Of a stretch of DNA of 64,000 bases, positions 24,721 through 38,070 are shown piece by piece. Source of the stretch: Octopus sinensis (lineage: Eukaryota); assembly GCF_006345805.1 (NCBI RefSeq), contig NC_043000.1:62248001-62312000 (forward strand), in the 5' to 3' direction. The notes under the pieces are model-generated. The model made no database searches, was not told where the DNA came from, and saw nothing but the letters and a program-made list of their open reading frames with translations. How positions within the stretch are numbered: the first letter of the stretch is position 1; each line of letters starts with the position of its first letter. Position numbers and translations under genes: made by a program.

Positions 24721-25330
24721 AAAGACGGAAAATAAATATTAACAAGTATAATACACAATATATCACTGAGTGCTCATTTAAATAGTCATTTTAAATTCAT
24801 TCAAAGAATTAAGAATCATAATAATAGATCCACGTATACAAATCAATACAAATGAAAAAAATTACCTTTTTCTTTTTATTTCAGTTAAATGGTGCAATTT
24901 GATTAGTAAAATACTCAGGAGGGGAAAAAAATCTTTGAAAAGCTGACGTCTTTTCCTTCACGTGGCATTTGACAAGGAATAGAAAACACTTGACATTTAT
25001 TTTACATAGTTTATCTTCACTGATGTATGAGATGTTAACAAATGCAGGAAATTAATGTATTCACTTTATTTGTATATAGATAGATAGATGCACACACACA
25101 CATACATATACATACACACATATATAGAGAGAGAGACAAACAGACAGACAAATATAGAAACAGAGAGACACATATGTATGTGTTGAGCGTCCATTAACAC
25201 TATACTTGTTCCACGTCCTCGAGTTGTCATGTTTTCTCTTTGTTCTTGTTGAGATTAAATATATATACATATATAAGTCAGTAAATGGTGGGGTTGATAT
25301 ATATATATATATATATATATACAAACATAC

Positions 25331-25361
<31 letters not shown>

Positions 25362-25784
25362 TATATATATATATACATACACACACATGTATGTATCTAT
25401 GTATGCATGTATATATGTAAAATATGTATGTATGTATGTATGTACGTACGTGTGTATGTATGTATATAATACTGAATCCGTCCAGTAACTTTTTAAAAAG
25501 CGCTTTCTTTTTTATTGTTAACAAAGATACATGTCTTAACATTTTTATTTTTCAAGGGAAATTTCCTTATACCTGAGTTATCTTTATTTTAGAATATTTA
25601 CTTCTTATAAGGTGCCTGGTCATTGAAATTTAACAGTCAATTGAAGCACGTTTCTTTCCTGCTTAGATAGTAATTTCAAATACATTCTTACGATTTTTAT
25701 ATTATTTTTCTGCTTTACACTACAAGGCAATTAACGGAAAATTTTTCATTAAAAAAATATTACATAATACAATGTTCATAAATA

Positions 25785-26132
25785 CTGCAGAACCTCGCAG
25801 TACGAGTGCACGGTTGTATGAGTAATTTACTGTACGAACCGGCCTCGTGCGAAGTTTTGCCTTGAAGTACGAGCAGAAATCCGCAGTACGAGCACACATC
25901 TCGTCCCATCTTTAAGGTAATTCAGTTAATAAAACTAGTTTACATATTTTACAACACCTTTTCTGTTTTAAAACCCATAAAAATATTATTTTTGGGTGGT
26001 TTTGGCAGTCTGTAACGGATTAATTATATTTTAGTTATTTTCAATGTGAAAAAAATTGATTTGTAAAACGAGTAAATTGTAAGACGAGCTCGGTCATGGA
26101 ACAAATTAAACTTGCATTGCGAGGTATCACTG
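25785..26132. mobile_element. Tigger/pogo-type MITE with TA TSDs
   Basis: TA-CTGCAGAACCTCGCA ... TGCGAGGTATCACTG-TA; no coding capacity. Confidence 0.75.
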
Positions 26133-26891
26133 TATAAATGTTTTAAATTTAATGATGAGTAATTATATACTAAACATATTCTGTAACTGAAATATGGTAA
26201 AGAAGATTATACACAAGATTATTTAAATAATTCCTAATTCCAAGATAAAGTATTTCATTCGAATTCAACGAAACTGCCTGAGTCAGTGACAGTCAGGATG
26301 GAGAAATGATATATATTTATTCATTGGAATTAAGCTGGTTCAGGATTCAAGGCATCTAATTTTCACTGGCCCTTACTATTTTACTATAAGTCCTGTTGTT
26401 AGTGTTGTTTATCCTATCAGATCAATTCTAATTCTTTGGATATTTTACAACCGAAAACGTAAGGTGATTTCTTGCAGGAAAAGTGCATTATACGTTATGT
26501 CGTTCTCTTTGTTTAGCTCGAATGATGTGAGGAATAGTTTTTGGATACTATTTTTAGCAAGTCATAGAGGCTACTTCATTGGCTCGAATTTACTACAGGG
26601 AGATTAGTTCAATTTCCATGCACAGAAAATTGTATAACTAACAAGCATTTTCATACTTTCAAGAATTGTCTCTGTAGCATGGAATAGTGATTTCGAGTTT
26701 ACCTAAAGTTCTTGTAAAGAATATAGGAAAGTACAGCTGCATGCATTTCCAAACAAAGACTCCAGTTTTTTGTCTTTCTTGCACTTGGATTTGTTCTCTG
26801 ATGTGATGAGAGATAATCGAACCTAAATCTTATTTCTACAAACAAGTGTCCATGGACCTGGATTATGAAATAACGTACAAAAAGAGTTGTA

Positions 26892-29009
26892 CAGTAATTA
26901 CTCACTATATCGTGTTTCTCCTAATTCGCTCTCAGTACATCGAGGATTTTTCTGGAAAATATATATAAATTTATATTGAGGACTCCTCAGCATATCGCGG
27001 GTTTCTGCGGTCGATAGGTATTTATATTTTTTAGATTTTAATTATTTCTGTGGTAAAATAAGCATTTTCACGCCCCAAAAATTAATAAACAGAAATACGG
27101 TACAGTACTGTACTGTATAAGACAATCAAAATATATTAAAAGAAAATACATAGTGTACGGTAAATGAGTAAACAAAGAATTGCATATATTGTATGGAAAA
27201 TGAAACTCGGGAGGCGAGTGTGTAGTGTTGTTTTGCACTTGTGTGTAAAATTGTGAATTTATTTCAAACCCTACGATGTCGCCCAAACGTTCTGTACCTT
27301 CTATGTCTTTTGGCAGTAAACCCTAGCACCAAAGGAAGATACTTACTATAGCAGAGAAGGTGAGACTCCTCCACATGCTTAGGTATCCGTATGTTAGCAG
27401 CCATTACGGCATCAATGAATCTATCGTTCACTACAGCAAGAAGGACGAAAAAAATATAAGGGCGACGGCAAAGTGACTTTTAACAAGACAGCGAAATGCT
27501 GGTAACTTCCCGCAATAAGGCCATCGTAAGGATGGTGTCTGCATTAGTCCTTCGGATCAGTGACTGCAGGAAGAAGAACAGTGCCCTGGATACCAACACC
27601 ATCCGTGAGAAGGTCAAGCAGCTGTACGGCAACTTTACGGATGGCGGAGACCATCTACAGTATCTCCCACCAAAACAACCGAATTTAATGCCAGCAAGGG
27701 CTGGTTTGATAAATTTTAAAGGAGGTTCAACCTCAAGAGCGTGTCCCTACATGGAGAAGCTGCCTTTGCTGACAAACCTGCCGAAACATTCAAGACAAGT
27801 TTTCAATATGAATGAGACGGATGCCATCACGGAGTTTCATTATGAAGGAGGAGGCCACAGCCCCTGGATTTAAGACGTACAAAGATCGCGTCACAATTAT
27901 AATGTGTGGAAATGCTGCAAGCTTTATAATAAAGCCAGGACCAAAAATCCAAAGGGCCCTCAAAAACAAAAATTAAGAACCTGTTGCCAGTGCATTGGAT
28001 GCACAACCAGCAGGCATGGATAACGAAATCATTGACATCGGATTGATTTCACCAGTGCTTCATTTATTTTGCCGAAAAAGGATTGGAATTCAAAGTGCTT
28101 CTATGAATAGACAATGCTGAAGGTCACACGCTCGACCTGTCGTAAGAGAGCGTACAAATTAAATTCTTACCGCCAAACACCACATCGTTGATCCAGCCCA
28201 TGGATCAAGGCGTTATTCGTGCTTTTAATGCGCTCTATACGCGAAACTACCTACAACACCTGGTCGAGGCTATGGACTCGGGTGATAAGTTCTCGCGGAA
28301 GTAGTACTGGCGTGGGTACACCATTGCAACGTATCTCCAAAATATTCAGACAGTCATAAAAGGGATGAAGAACGAAACATTGAATGCCAGCTGGAAGAAA
28401 TTGTGGCCAGAAACGGTCCAGGACTATAAAAGAGTCTCTCCTGACGAAATCTACCAGTCTGCAGTAGATAAAGCAGTGAAGCTGGTAAAATTGCTAGGAG
28501 GAGATGGCTTCACCGATATGACTACCGAGGACGTTGATAACCTGATCGAAGTCCACTTCTTCCTCAGCAAGTGAGGAAGAAGAAGAAGAGGATCCGGAGC
28601 AAGAAGAAGTTGGCCTATCACTAGAACGCTTCTCAACTCTAACAAAAACGGCAAAAGAACTTCAGAGAATGGCGGAAGATTGGGACCCCCAGATGATTCG
28701 CGCGTTACAGTTCAGAAATGCAATCGACGGAGCCATGGAAGTTTATAAAAACCTCCTTACACAGAAGAAAAGGCAGCACCAGAGACTGTCGAGCACTATC
28801 TTCCACACCCGCAAAAAGAGAGAAAACACGGGTAGGAGTGAGGGGAGAGTTTATAAAAGCTTAAATATATAAAAATGATAAAATGAATATATTCAAATTA
28901 TAAAAATAATAGAAAAAATATACATTACAGTACTGTTTCTACTTCGCGGATTTTCACTTATCGCGTGGGATTTTGGAACGTAACAGCCGCGATAGTCAAA
29001 GGTTAACTG
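26892..29009 (+). mobile_element. Tigger/pogo DNA transposon, both TIRs present, transposase disrupted
   Basis: TA-CAGTAATTACTCACTATATCG ... CGCGATAGTCAAAGGTTAACTG-TA. From ATG 27276: MSPKRSVPS..RKILTIAEKVRLL (HTH), DTNTIREKVKQLY, IKFLPPNTTSLIQPMDQGVIRAF (DDE_1), LNASWKKLWP; multiple stops and frameshifts. Confidence 0.93.
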
Positions 29010-29214
29010 TATTCTGAAAATATCAATTTCGAGCTATTTCTCTATTTAAGGCAGTTATAAAAATCAATGTTTGGTCTTTTTAATTACGAGTTAACATAGG
29101 CACACATATATATGTACGTGCGTTTTGTTGAATTTCTTCTTTCTTTAAAACAACAGTGTGAACTGAGACAGATATGGCTGCTATTTTTAGCAGCAGAAAC
29201 AACACACATTACAT

Positions 29215-29382
29215 ATGTATATATATATATATATATCTATATATATAAATACATATATACATACATATATATATGCATGTATGTATGTATGTATGTATGT
29301 ATGTATGTATGTATGTATGTATGTATGTATGTATGTATGAATGAATGAATGTATGTATGCATATGTGTGTGTGAATGTGTGT

Positions 29383-29455
<73 letters not shown>

Positions 29456-29465
29456 TTGTGCGTGT
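29215..29465. repeat. (TA)/(TATG)/(TG) microsatellite
   Basis: Direct reading. Confidence 0.95.
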
Positions 29466-29670
29466 GTTTGTCCTCCACCACTGCTTAACAATCAGTGTTG
29501 ATATATTTGCTTCACCGTCTCTTTGCGCTCTGAGTTCAAATTCCGCCGAGGTTGACTTTGCTTTTCATCCCTTCGAGATCAAGGTAATAAATGCAAGTGG
29601 AGTACTAAAGTCGATGTAATTGACTATCTCCCAAACACTAAAGTATCAAGCCTTGTGCCTATATTGGAAA
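29465..29670 (+). mobile_element. SINE composite: CORE-type mid segment joined to Deu/Nin-type body
   Basis: tttgtcctccaccactgcttaacaatcagtgttg (CORE-type) runs into ctctgagttcaaattccgccgaggttgactttgc (Deu-type). Confidence 0.7.
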
Positions 29671-30039
29671 GGGTTGTTGTTGTTGTTGTCGTCGTTGTCA
29701 TTGTTATTGCACCTACTATTGCTGTCATGAACTGTTGATTGTATCCATCATCATTATCGTCGTCGTTGTCGTTGCCATCGTCTCTTGAATACAATTTTTA
29801 CTTGTATGGCATGATGACAGTCGTGTCACTTAACCCGTTTGTTATAAAATTATGAAATTTTTCTACCGTTTAGTCTTTCAAAGTGAATAATACCATATTA
29901 TATCTGATACGTGGAGCTGCTCCTCGTAGGAATATTGCGCGAATTGGGGTTAAATACATTCATATGCCACTTTATGCAGCATATATAGTTTCGTTCGGAA
30001 TTCTCATCCCTAGCTTCTGTTTTACGATACACATTTCAG

Positions 30040-30142
30040 TTAAGTAAATCGATCTTACTAATTGAGTGATTTCCTTAGTGTATCGACCCACGTAAGGATT
30101 GAAGGCAAATTTGACCAAGTGGAATTTGAACTCAGGTCGTAA
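30040..30142 (-). mobile_element. Deu/Nin SINE fragment, degenerate
   Basis: gtatcgaccc..aaggattgaaggcaaa..ggaatttgaactcag. Confidence 0.6.
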
Positions 30143-30604
30143 ATAACCCAATCCACAATTCCTTTTAATCTTTGATAATAGAATTATAATTGATCAGCTG
30201 TCAACAGATTATACTCTAAAGGTTCTCATTAAGTTTTCTTTTCTGATGATATACGAAAAGATTAAGTGTCAAGTGACGTTTTATAGAATTAAAGTCGCTC
30301 TAGACAGTTCATTATGCGATTAATTTCGCTCTTAGTGATATTTTGTTGTGACAAATACTATCATCTTAATGGCTAATCTCAAATTAATTATTATCATCGG
30401 TCTAACAATAATTCTACGAAAATATGTAAAATTTCTAATTTGCTAAAGTGATGCACTGAAAAGTATGTGATCAAAATAAACAATTAAATTTGTTTTATTT
30501 ATTTACTTTCCACATTTCTTGTTTTCGGTATTGATTTCTGCTAATTTAAATATACGACTTATATTTATTAATAAAAGCAAAAAAAAAAATCATTTTAATT
30601 ATTG

Positions 30605-31808
30605 ATGTTTATCGTCGACGATGTTTATCGTTCTTGTTCAGTAATCATCTTTGGCAGGTTCGCATGTTGGCTACAAGGTCTGCGCTTGATCTGTAGCAGC
30701 GATTACATCTGCCGCATGTAAAGTTACTTGAAAAGCAACGGAGATGTGGCGTCTCTTATGTGCTGCTTTGTATTCTGTCTGATGTTTCTCCTCGATGGCT
30801 GAAATTGCCAGCTTCAGCGATCGGCACCATTCATCGTGCCGTAATGCTTCTCCTCCCAGGTGTTTGAGGAGATTCCCGAGTTCTTCATATGTCGCACATC
30901 ACTATATCCGAACCTCTGACCAACACGGATCCTCCTCTCCCTGATGATGTTCCGTGTAGAAAACTGCGTTTGGGAGCCTGCAGCTCTCCACTCTGCAAAC
31001 ATGTTCCGCCCAGCGTAGCTGCAATGAGGTAAGGAAACCGCCCTCAATCCTGCAAACATGTCCCGCCCAGTGCAGCTACGGAGGAGATAATGAAACCGTC
31101 CTTCATCCTGCTAACACGTCCTGCCCATTGCAGATATGATGAGGTAATGAAGGCATCCACACTAACTACACCAGTGTTGTGCCTAGTAGTTCAGCAGGAG
31201 GTCTCCACTGAAATTCTTTTTGCCCTTACCAAACTTGCCGATGATGCCTGCATATATCTCACAATTTGGTTCCACCCTGGCATTGAAATCGCCCATAATC
31301 AGCAACTTGTCTTGGTGGGGAACCTTGCCTACAACCTAGTGAGCTTTAGATGGGTAGGTCACTTTTAGAACATATGCATTGACGAGGGTCGTGTCCACTC
31401 TGAGACGGAGGATGAGAGGAAGGTAACCTTTTGGTGGGTCATGCGGACAGCAAAAGCCACGCCTAATTCTCTTCTTCCCAGGGTCTTACCAACCCAGAAG
31501 AAGGTGTAACCCTCTTCTTGCAACTGGCCTTTCCCTTCGATCCTGATCTCTTTGAATGCTCAGGTATGGAGTTTACACCAAGCATAACACGCACTTTCCA
31601 CATTGCTAGTCATCTTCATTTTCTTCTAATTTCTATACCTAAAGGGAAGTCCTGCTGGGCGCGCTGAAAAAGGTTTTGTTCTAAGTATGTTTTATTTATC
31701 CCACCGTTTCTAGGGGTTTCCATTTCCGGGCTTCCACTTCCGTGCTTTCCCATTTGAGGCAGTATTCCCACAAAAGGGCTGCCCGGATACTCATACTACT
31801 GCTTCAGC
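30605..31808 (-). mobile_element. RTE-clade LINE derivative: 5'UTR + AP-endonuclease fragment joined to the C-terminal end, RT domain absent
   Basis: EIRIEGKGQLQEEGYTFFWVGK..ELGVAFAVR, TLVNAY and DKLLIMGDFNARV (APE) lie next to LQWAGRVSRM, RHMKNSGISSNTWEE and CGRCNRCYRS..L (C-terminal zinc motif); short tandem 3' tail CGATAAACAT. Confidence 0.85.
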
Positions 31809-31816
31809 TTATATTG

Positions 31817-32050
31817 CATGTATGTATGTATGTATGTATGTATGTATGTATGTATGTATGTATGTATGTATGTATGTATGTATGAATGTATGTATGTACG
31901 TATGTATATATGTTTCCATGTATACATGCATGTATAAACATACGTATATGTATGTATATATATATATATATATATATACACATACACACATGTATATTCA
32001 TATATCCACTCACGCACAGGCGAGCGCGAGTGCACACACACACACACATA
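31817..32050. repeat. (TATG)n/(TA)/(CA) microsatellite
   Basis: Direct reading. Confidence 0.95.
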
Positions 32051-33113
32051 ATTATTCACGCATTAGGTATGCGTCTTGTTAAATGTTCCACTGTATTGAT
32101 GATTTGCACTAATGGATTCCCCCTCAATAAAACAAATTGCAATCGACTATTATTTTAAGTAGAAATAATTGAATCGTTGCACTACGAAACAATTACGACT
32201 AGAAAATAAATAAATAGATAAATAAATAAATGAATAAATAAATAAATAAATAAATAATGAATAAATGAAGAATAAACATGCTTTTGCATTTCCTATTCTA
32301 TACTGATTTTTGTATTTCGATATCTTGAAAATGTTTTATACAGAGTTGAAGCTGTTCAAGGCCTTTGTATGAAAAGCTGCAAACTGCAAAGCGACCAACG
32401 ATTTACATTTCGTCATTGGTGCTGTGTCCTATTCATGTCCTGGGTACTTAAATTATGCGGCTGTGCCCGACTAGCCTTAGCTCAAACATGGCCAAACCTT
32501 TTCGAGATACGGAACGCATGAAACGTGGATGATCATCAGGAGAATCGCACCACTAAAAAATTCCAAATTTTCGGCGCTGTGCCACTTAGCAAGTCTTAAA
32601 CTTTTCCTATGACTTCATACTTAACGGTGTATGAAGTAGAGAGCTACTGCTATTAACAGTAAAATATGAGTGTTACCTCAGTTGGTAGTACGGAGATAAA
32701 TTTCATTTTTAGAGCCTAGACCAAACCAAAATAATTTCACAAGAGTAAATTAAAATAAATAAATAAATAAATCTTGCGGATGCGACAGCAGTAAGAGGAA
32801 GGCTGGGGAAGAGGAAAGGCTTTTAATTGAAAAGCTGATTGTTTTATGAACATTATAATTATCATTTTGTGAAGTATAGTACCCCTAAAAGTATTAAAAA
32901 AATTTACAATGAAAACGATTAAATTTTAGGGATCTCAGCACCGCAACATATACTCCTTAGTCAGAGAATGCAGTACTAAATCATAGTGGTATAAGCATGA
33001 AAAATTAAATTGATTTTTTATTTTTATATTAATAAATATATTTCGTTCATTTCAAGTAGCGAAAGTCAGTACCGAAAACAAGGAGTATAAATTGTGAATA
33101 AATGAAATATAAA

Positions 33114-33298
33114 CTGAAGCAGCGGTGTGAGGGAGCAATGCCTCAAAAAGGAAAGCCTCTAGAAGGGGAAAACCAGAAGGGTAAACCGCTAGAAGAGGTG
33201 GGATGAGTAAAACATGCTTAGAACAAAACCCGTTTCAGCGTGCCCAGCGGGATTTCCCTTTAGATATCGAAATTGCAAGAAAATGAAGATGACTAGCA
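33114..33298 (+). mobile_element. 5'UTR fragment of the same RTE family, inverted relative to 31604-31808
   Basis: taaaacatgcttagaacaaaacc...ccctttag...aagaaaatgaagatgactagca matches the reverse complement of 31604-31700; stops at (TACA)n. Confidence 0.85.
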
Positions 33299-33677
33299 TA
33301 CACATACATACATACATACATACATACATACAAACAAAAGTACCTTGTTGTTGATGTTGAAATTTCAATGAAGGAGCCTTGGATCTAGGTTAGAAACCAG
33401 TACTTTCTCTATTGGCAAGAAATCTTGAAATAAACTGAATAATGACATGCATACAAACATGCATATAAGCCATTTAATGAATTCACGATTTGAATGTCAA
33501 ATACAATAGGTTACATGCACCGATAGTACAGTAACCGGACGAGCTTGTAAACACACACACACACATATATATATACAATAACTATTGTAAATATAATGGT
33601 AATAAAGTAATTTATTACCAGTGGTTAGCATGCATAAATAAAAGCCATAAGACAACATATTTTTAAAATATATAAGA

Positions 33678-33980
33678 GTGTATAAACTAGTTTTATACAC
33701 AGCGAGGGGACCTTTGATAGGACTCCTTGCATGCTAGAAAGGGCAGTTAAAATCCAAAGCACGAAAAGAAAAAAGAATTCATGAGGCACGATGTTACAAC
33801 ACTAGAACAAAAAAAAAAAAAAGAATTAGTTCGGGATTAACTAATTCATTCCTGTTCGTTCTGGTTGTTATAACAACGTGCCTCATGAATTCTGTATTTT
33901 TCGTGGTTAGGGTTTTAACTGCCCTTTCTAGCATGTAAGGAATCCCGTCAAAGATCTCCTCTCAGTGTATAAAAATATTT

Positions 33981-33987
<7 letters not shown>
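33678..33987. mobile_element. Fold-back (MITE-like) palindrome, about 300 bp
   Basis: Arms share catgctagaaagggcagttaaaa and gaattcatgaggcacg in inverted orientation; central hairpin GAATTAGTT-cgggatt-AACTAATTC. Confidence 0.75.
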
Positions 33988-34021
<34 letters not shown>

Positions 34022-35584
34022 ACACATATATATATATATATATATGTAACCGGGAATATCAATCAGATATGGGTCTCTACAGCCTCAGTAGACCGTGATA
34101 TGAGATGTCAGTCGTAGATTTATGCAGTGCCGAGACTAGAGGAAAGTCCTGATTTGCAGATAAATTGATATGTGGATATATGCAACCATACTCCTACGCA
34201 TGGATATTCACACACACTCACACACACATGTGCGTGAGGGATGTAGTTATATATGTAACTACAAATATTCAAGCATACATAGATAGATACACACTTCCAT
34301 ATAATACATATGCGTGGGGATTTATGTATAGATAAATTTATAGAAGATAGAATAAACAGCCTTACAAAATGTAACAATTATTTCTGTGCTGTGGTAACAA
34401 CTGTTAGTTTTCCAAATCATACCATTACCTAAATTATTTTTAAAATAATGATCTAGTGGCACTTCATCAGGCAAGTTGCTTTGGAATCACTGCTGGTTTC
34501 CATTCAGTTTCCCATCTCTTTACAATCTACGACATATGTGGGAAATTCTCTCTGTGGGTGTGTTTGTGAAGTGGTTAGTTAACTTTTCCTCCATCGTTTT
34601 ATCGATTTTTTATGAAACTTGACACGTGAGTATAATTCATGTCTGGAAACCTCATGACATAATCAAATTGTTGAAAAATCGATAATAGGGCCCCTGGAAG
34701 GGAGCCTTGTAAATATCTAATATATTCATATTAATAGCCAAGGAAAATAGCCTATTCGCCCAGATTTTAACAGCCAAGGAAAATAGCCTATTCATTTTCT
34801 TAAATCGTTTGGTATAAATCAAATTCAGTATGCTTATTTGTTAGTATTTGAACTGTTAGAGTTATTTTCGCAATTTATCCATTACAACATTTAAACAAGT
34901 AAATAGTATTCTCCTAAACAATAGATCCACTTATTTTGGTTAGTGACTTATTCACGAATATACCAACACTAGTGCCGCTGAGGGTAATATTCTCTGGGAA
35001 CGCACAAAGGCCCTTTTCAGAGTTATTTACTTTGAATTGTATTATCTCATATCTGATTAGCTTGTCATTATGTAAGATACTTCACGATTTTAGTACACAT
35101 ATCTTATTAGTATTTCCTCCTAAGTTCTATAAACTCTGGAAACTCATTAAAGCCCTTTTCAGGGCTACTTTGTTTGAATTCGTACTATCGGGTAACTAAT
35201 TTCATGTTATTCCATAACTGACTTCACAATTTGGGTATTCATAACTTATTGGGAATTCCTAAAACCAAGATAGTTCGGTATTCTCTGTAAATGCACCAAA
35301 GCCGTTTTAATGGTTACATACTTTGTATTGTTGTTACTGGATTAGCGAAACAGTTATGAAAACGGAACCAAGGAATAAGCCCAGCTTTCCTGGAAATTAC
35401 CTGGTACGTCAGGTAGTTCTTTGCATAATTGGCTTTCATTTTTTTACCGATGAATTTATAGATTTAAGGCGACACAACAATACCAATATATATATATATA
35501 TATATATAATATATATATATATATGTATAATGGCAGTTAAAATAAAGATACAAATTACAAAACAAATAGACCCCAGTCCCATTA

Positions 35585-36295
35585 ACGGACACTCTGCTCA
35601 GCAGGATAGAAACATCAGTTGCTAAAATAGGAGTGCTCACAAATGCCAAGAAAACAGAATGCATGTCTTTCAATCAATCAAGTGATGCTGAAATGTTTGC
35701 TTTGATCGGTTTCACATTAAATGTTGCTGAAGACTTCAAGTATGTAGGTGGTTGGGTGAGCGGTTCGGAAACAGACATCAAGATCAGGATGGCATGGACA
35801 GCTTGTCACAAAATGAAAAAAGGTCTGGAAACGCCAAACTGTCCAGGCAAATCAAAATCAAGCTATTCATTGCAACTGTCGAATCAGTACTATTATATGG
35901 CAGTGAAACATGGTCACCGACAAAGAAATTATCAGCGGGCTAAATGGATGCTAAACAGGGATGAAATGAATGGTCCTAAATGTGAAATGGTAACAATATA
36001 TGACAAATTAATATCTTTATGGGGACCTGCCGAACGTTAGAGGGAAAATCAGGCGAAGACAGCTGCGACCATCTGGTCACTGCGCGCGCCACCCTGAGCT
36101 GGAAGCATCCAAATTAGTCTTGTGGAACCTACTTTGTTATGATGTAACTAGAGGAAAACCACGCTTACATCAACAACGTGATTGATACTGGCCTGGAATG
36201 TATCCAAGATCTCGAGGCAGTGATGATGGACCATGAAGTGTGGCAGGTAGACTTTGTTGCTGCAGCTCGCGTTGGATCCCGTTCATAACAGTAGT
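35585..36295 (+). mobile_element. RTE-X-like LINE, 3' part of RT and downstream domain
   Basis: NAKKTECM..VAEDFKYVGGWV..ETDIKIRMAWTACHKM; KLSRQIKIKLFIATVESVLLYGSETW; later GHC.RHPE..SKLVLW. Confidence 0.85.
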
Positions 36296-36609
36296 AATAA
36301 CACACACACACACACACACATACACAAATGAAATGTATAAATATAGATCCAAACTAACATTGTCTTTTTATTCTACTGTGTATCCTTTTTTTTATCAGTT
36401 ATCTCTATTGTCTGAGACTAGCAGGATATTCACGTGCTTGTCAGTTCACTTGTAAAACCCAATTTCATTTATCCTGGTACCTAAGAAAGCACTCACACAC
36501 ACACACACCGATACAAACATGCATGTCCATACATATTTACATATGTGTATATAGAGAGAGTTATTTCTATATACGTACGTCTTTTATTTTCAAGCACTAC
36601 ATATATACC

Positions 36610-37045
36610 TAGGTACTTTTTGGTTATCTCACCCCCATTAAAAAAAATTGGGTTATCTCCCCTAACCCCAAAATTGTTTAACCCTCAATAAAACAAAAAG
36701 AAAATTAAAAAAATAATAAACATAAAAAGTGAAACGATTAAACATTTTATTGAGTCTGATAATATTTTTATAACAAATCATAAAAAACTGAAAAAATTAA
36801 TAAACATGAAAACTGAAAAACTTAAACATCTTACTGAATCTAATAACATTTTTATTAAAAAATCACGCCCCGCCTATTGAGGAGACTAAAAGTCAACAAT
36901 GTTTTGAAGTATTGAATCAAAAGGAACTAACTTTTTAAAATCCAATCTCTTGTCGCCACATTAACTCAATTTTTTTAGTGGGGAGATAACCCAATTTTTA
37001 AAACGGCTATTTTTGAATGGGGGTGAGATGACCAAAAAGTACCCA
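36610..37045. mobile_element. MITE with ~28-bp TIRs, superfamily unassigned
   Basis: TAGGTACTTTTTGGTTATCTCACCCCCATT ... AATGGGGGTGAGATGACCAAAAAGTACCCA; inner inverted GGGTTATCTCCC/GGGAGATAACCC; TSD not resolved. Confidence 0.8.
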
Positions 37046-37878
37046 TACCCAATCATGCGCACGTATTCTAAAGCTTAGATATCCTAAGATGCAGCATCTA
37101 GTGGCATCCTCTTGGTTCAATTACATTATAAGTTCACTCAGGGTATATGTATCCATGCAACGTTTTTCAAGGTGTTATCATTACGGTTTTCTTTTTAAGT
37201 GAATTGAAGATTTTGTGTTTGATAGTCTTATACTAGGTATATTTATGTTGGAAAATATGTGTGTTTAGTGTAGAAGATAGAAGAGAGTGTTGTGAAATAC
37301 GATATAGCAATGAAGTCTGTTATCATTTAAACCTAGAGTAACACTTCAGGATTTAAAGGGATTAGTATGACAAACTTAGGAGTGAGACAAAAGCTAACTA
37401 GGTCAAATTGTTTCGTTTACAGGCCACATAAGATACAAATAGAAATAATTTTCAGGATAAATAGATACATCAAGAGCAATTAAGAGAGTAGTAGCTGAAA
37501 TGAAGATAAAAAAAAATACAGAAAATATCCTTTATCAAAAAGCGGGTGGTGTTTACATTTAGAGTGTTATAATCTAACAATAGTATATGAAGAACTTTAG
37601 CCTTGGTAATTCTTTCGGATACGCTTCTGTAAGTAATATATTATTAAAGTCTTTTGTATGGAAAATATTTAAACACTTGTTAACGTATTGAATATACACT
37701 CCATATACTGTATAAGAACCAAAGACGCGAACTCAGGATTTATCTAGCTGATGAAATACCGTGTAATTGTTTACCTTTAATAATTTTCCGTGGTTAACCA
37801 GAACCTGGATTATACTAGAATACTGATAAGGTACTTGCCATATTCAAAATCCCCCTTCCTTTACGACATATACATTCA

Positions 37879-37879
37879 T

Positions 37880-37958
<79 letters not shown>

Positions 37959-38070
37959 TATAGATAGATAGATAGATAGATAGATAGACAGGTAGGTAGG
38001 TATGTAGATAGAGAGAAACAAAGAGAGTGAGAGAAACGGAGAGAGAGAGAAATACTCTCACACACACACA
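37879..38070. repeat. (GATA)n/(GA)n microsatellite
   Basis: Direct reading. Confidence 0.95.

Noticed and set aside
31620-31808. HDV-like ribozyme in the RTE 5'UTR
   Set aside because: I could not find a P1 complement or the nested pseudoknot in either copy.
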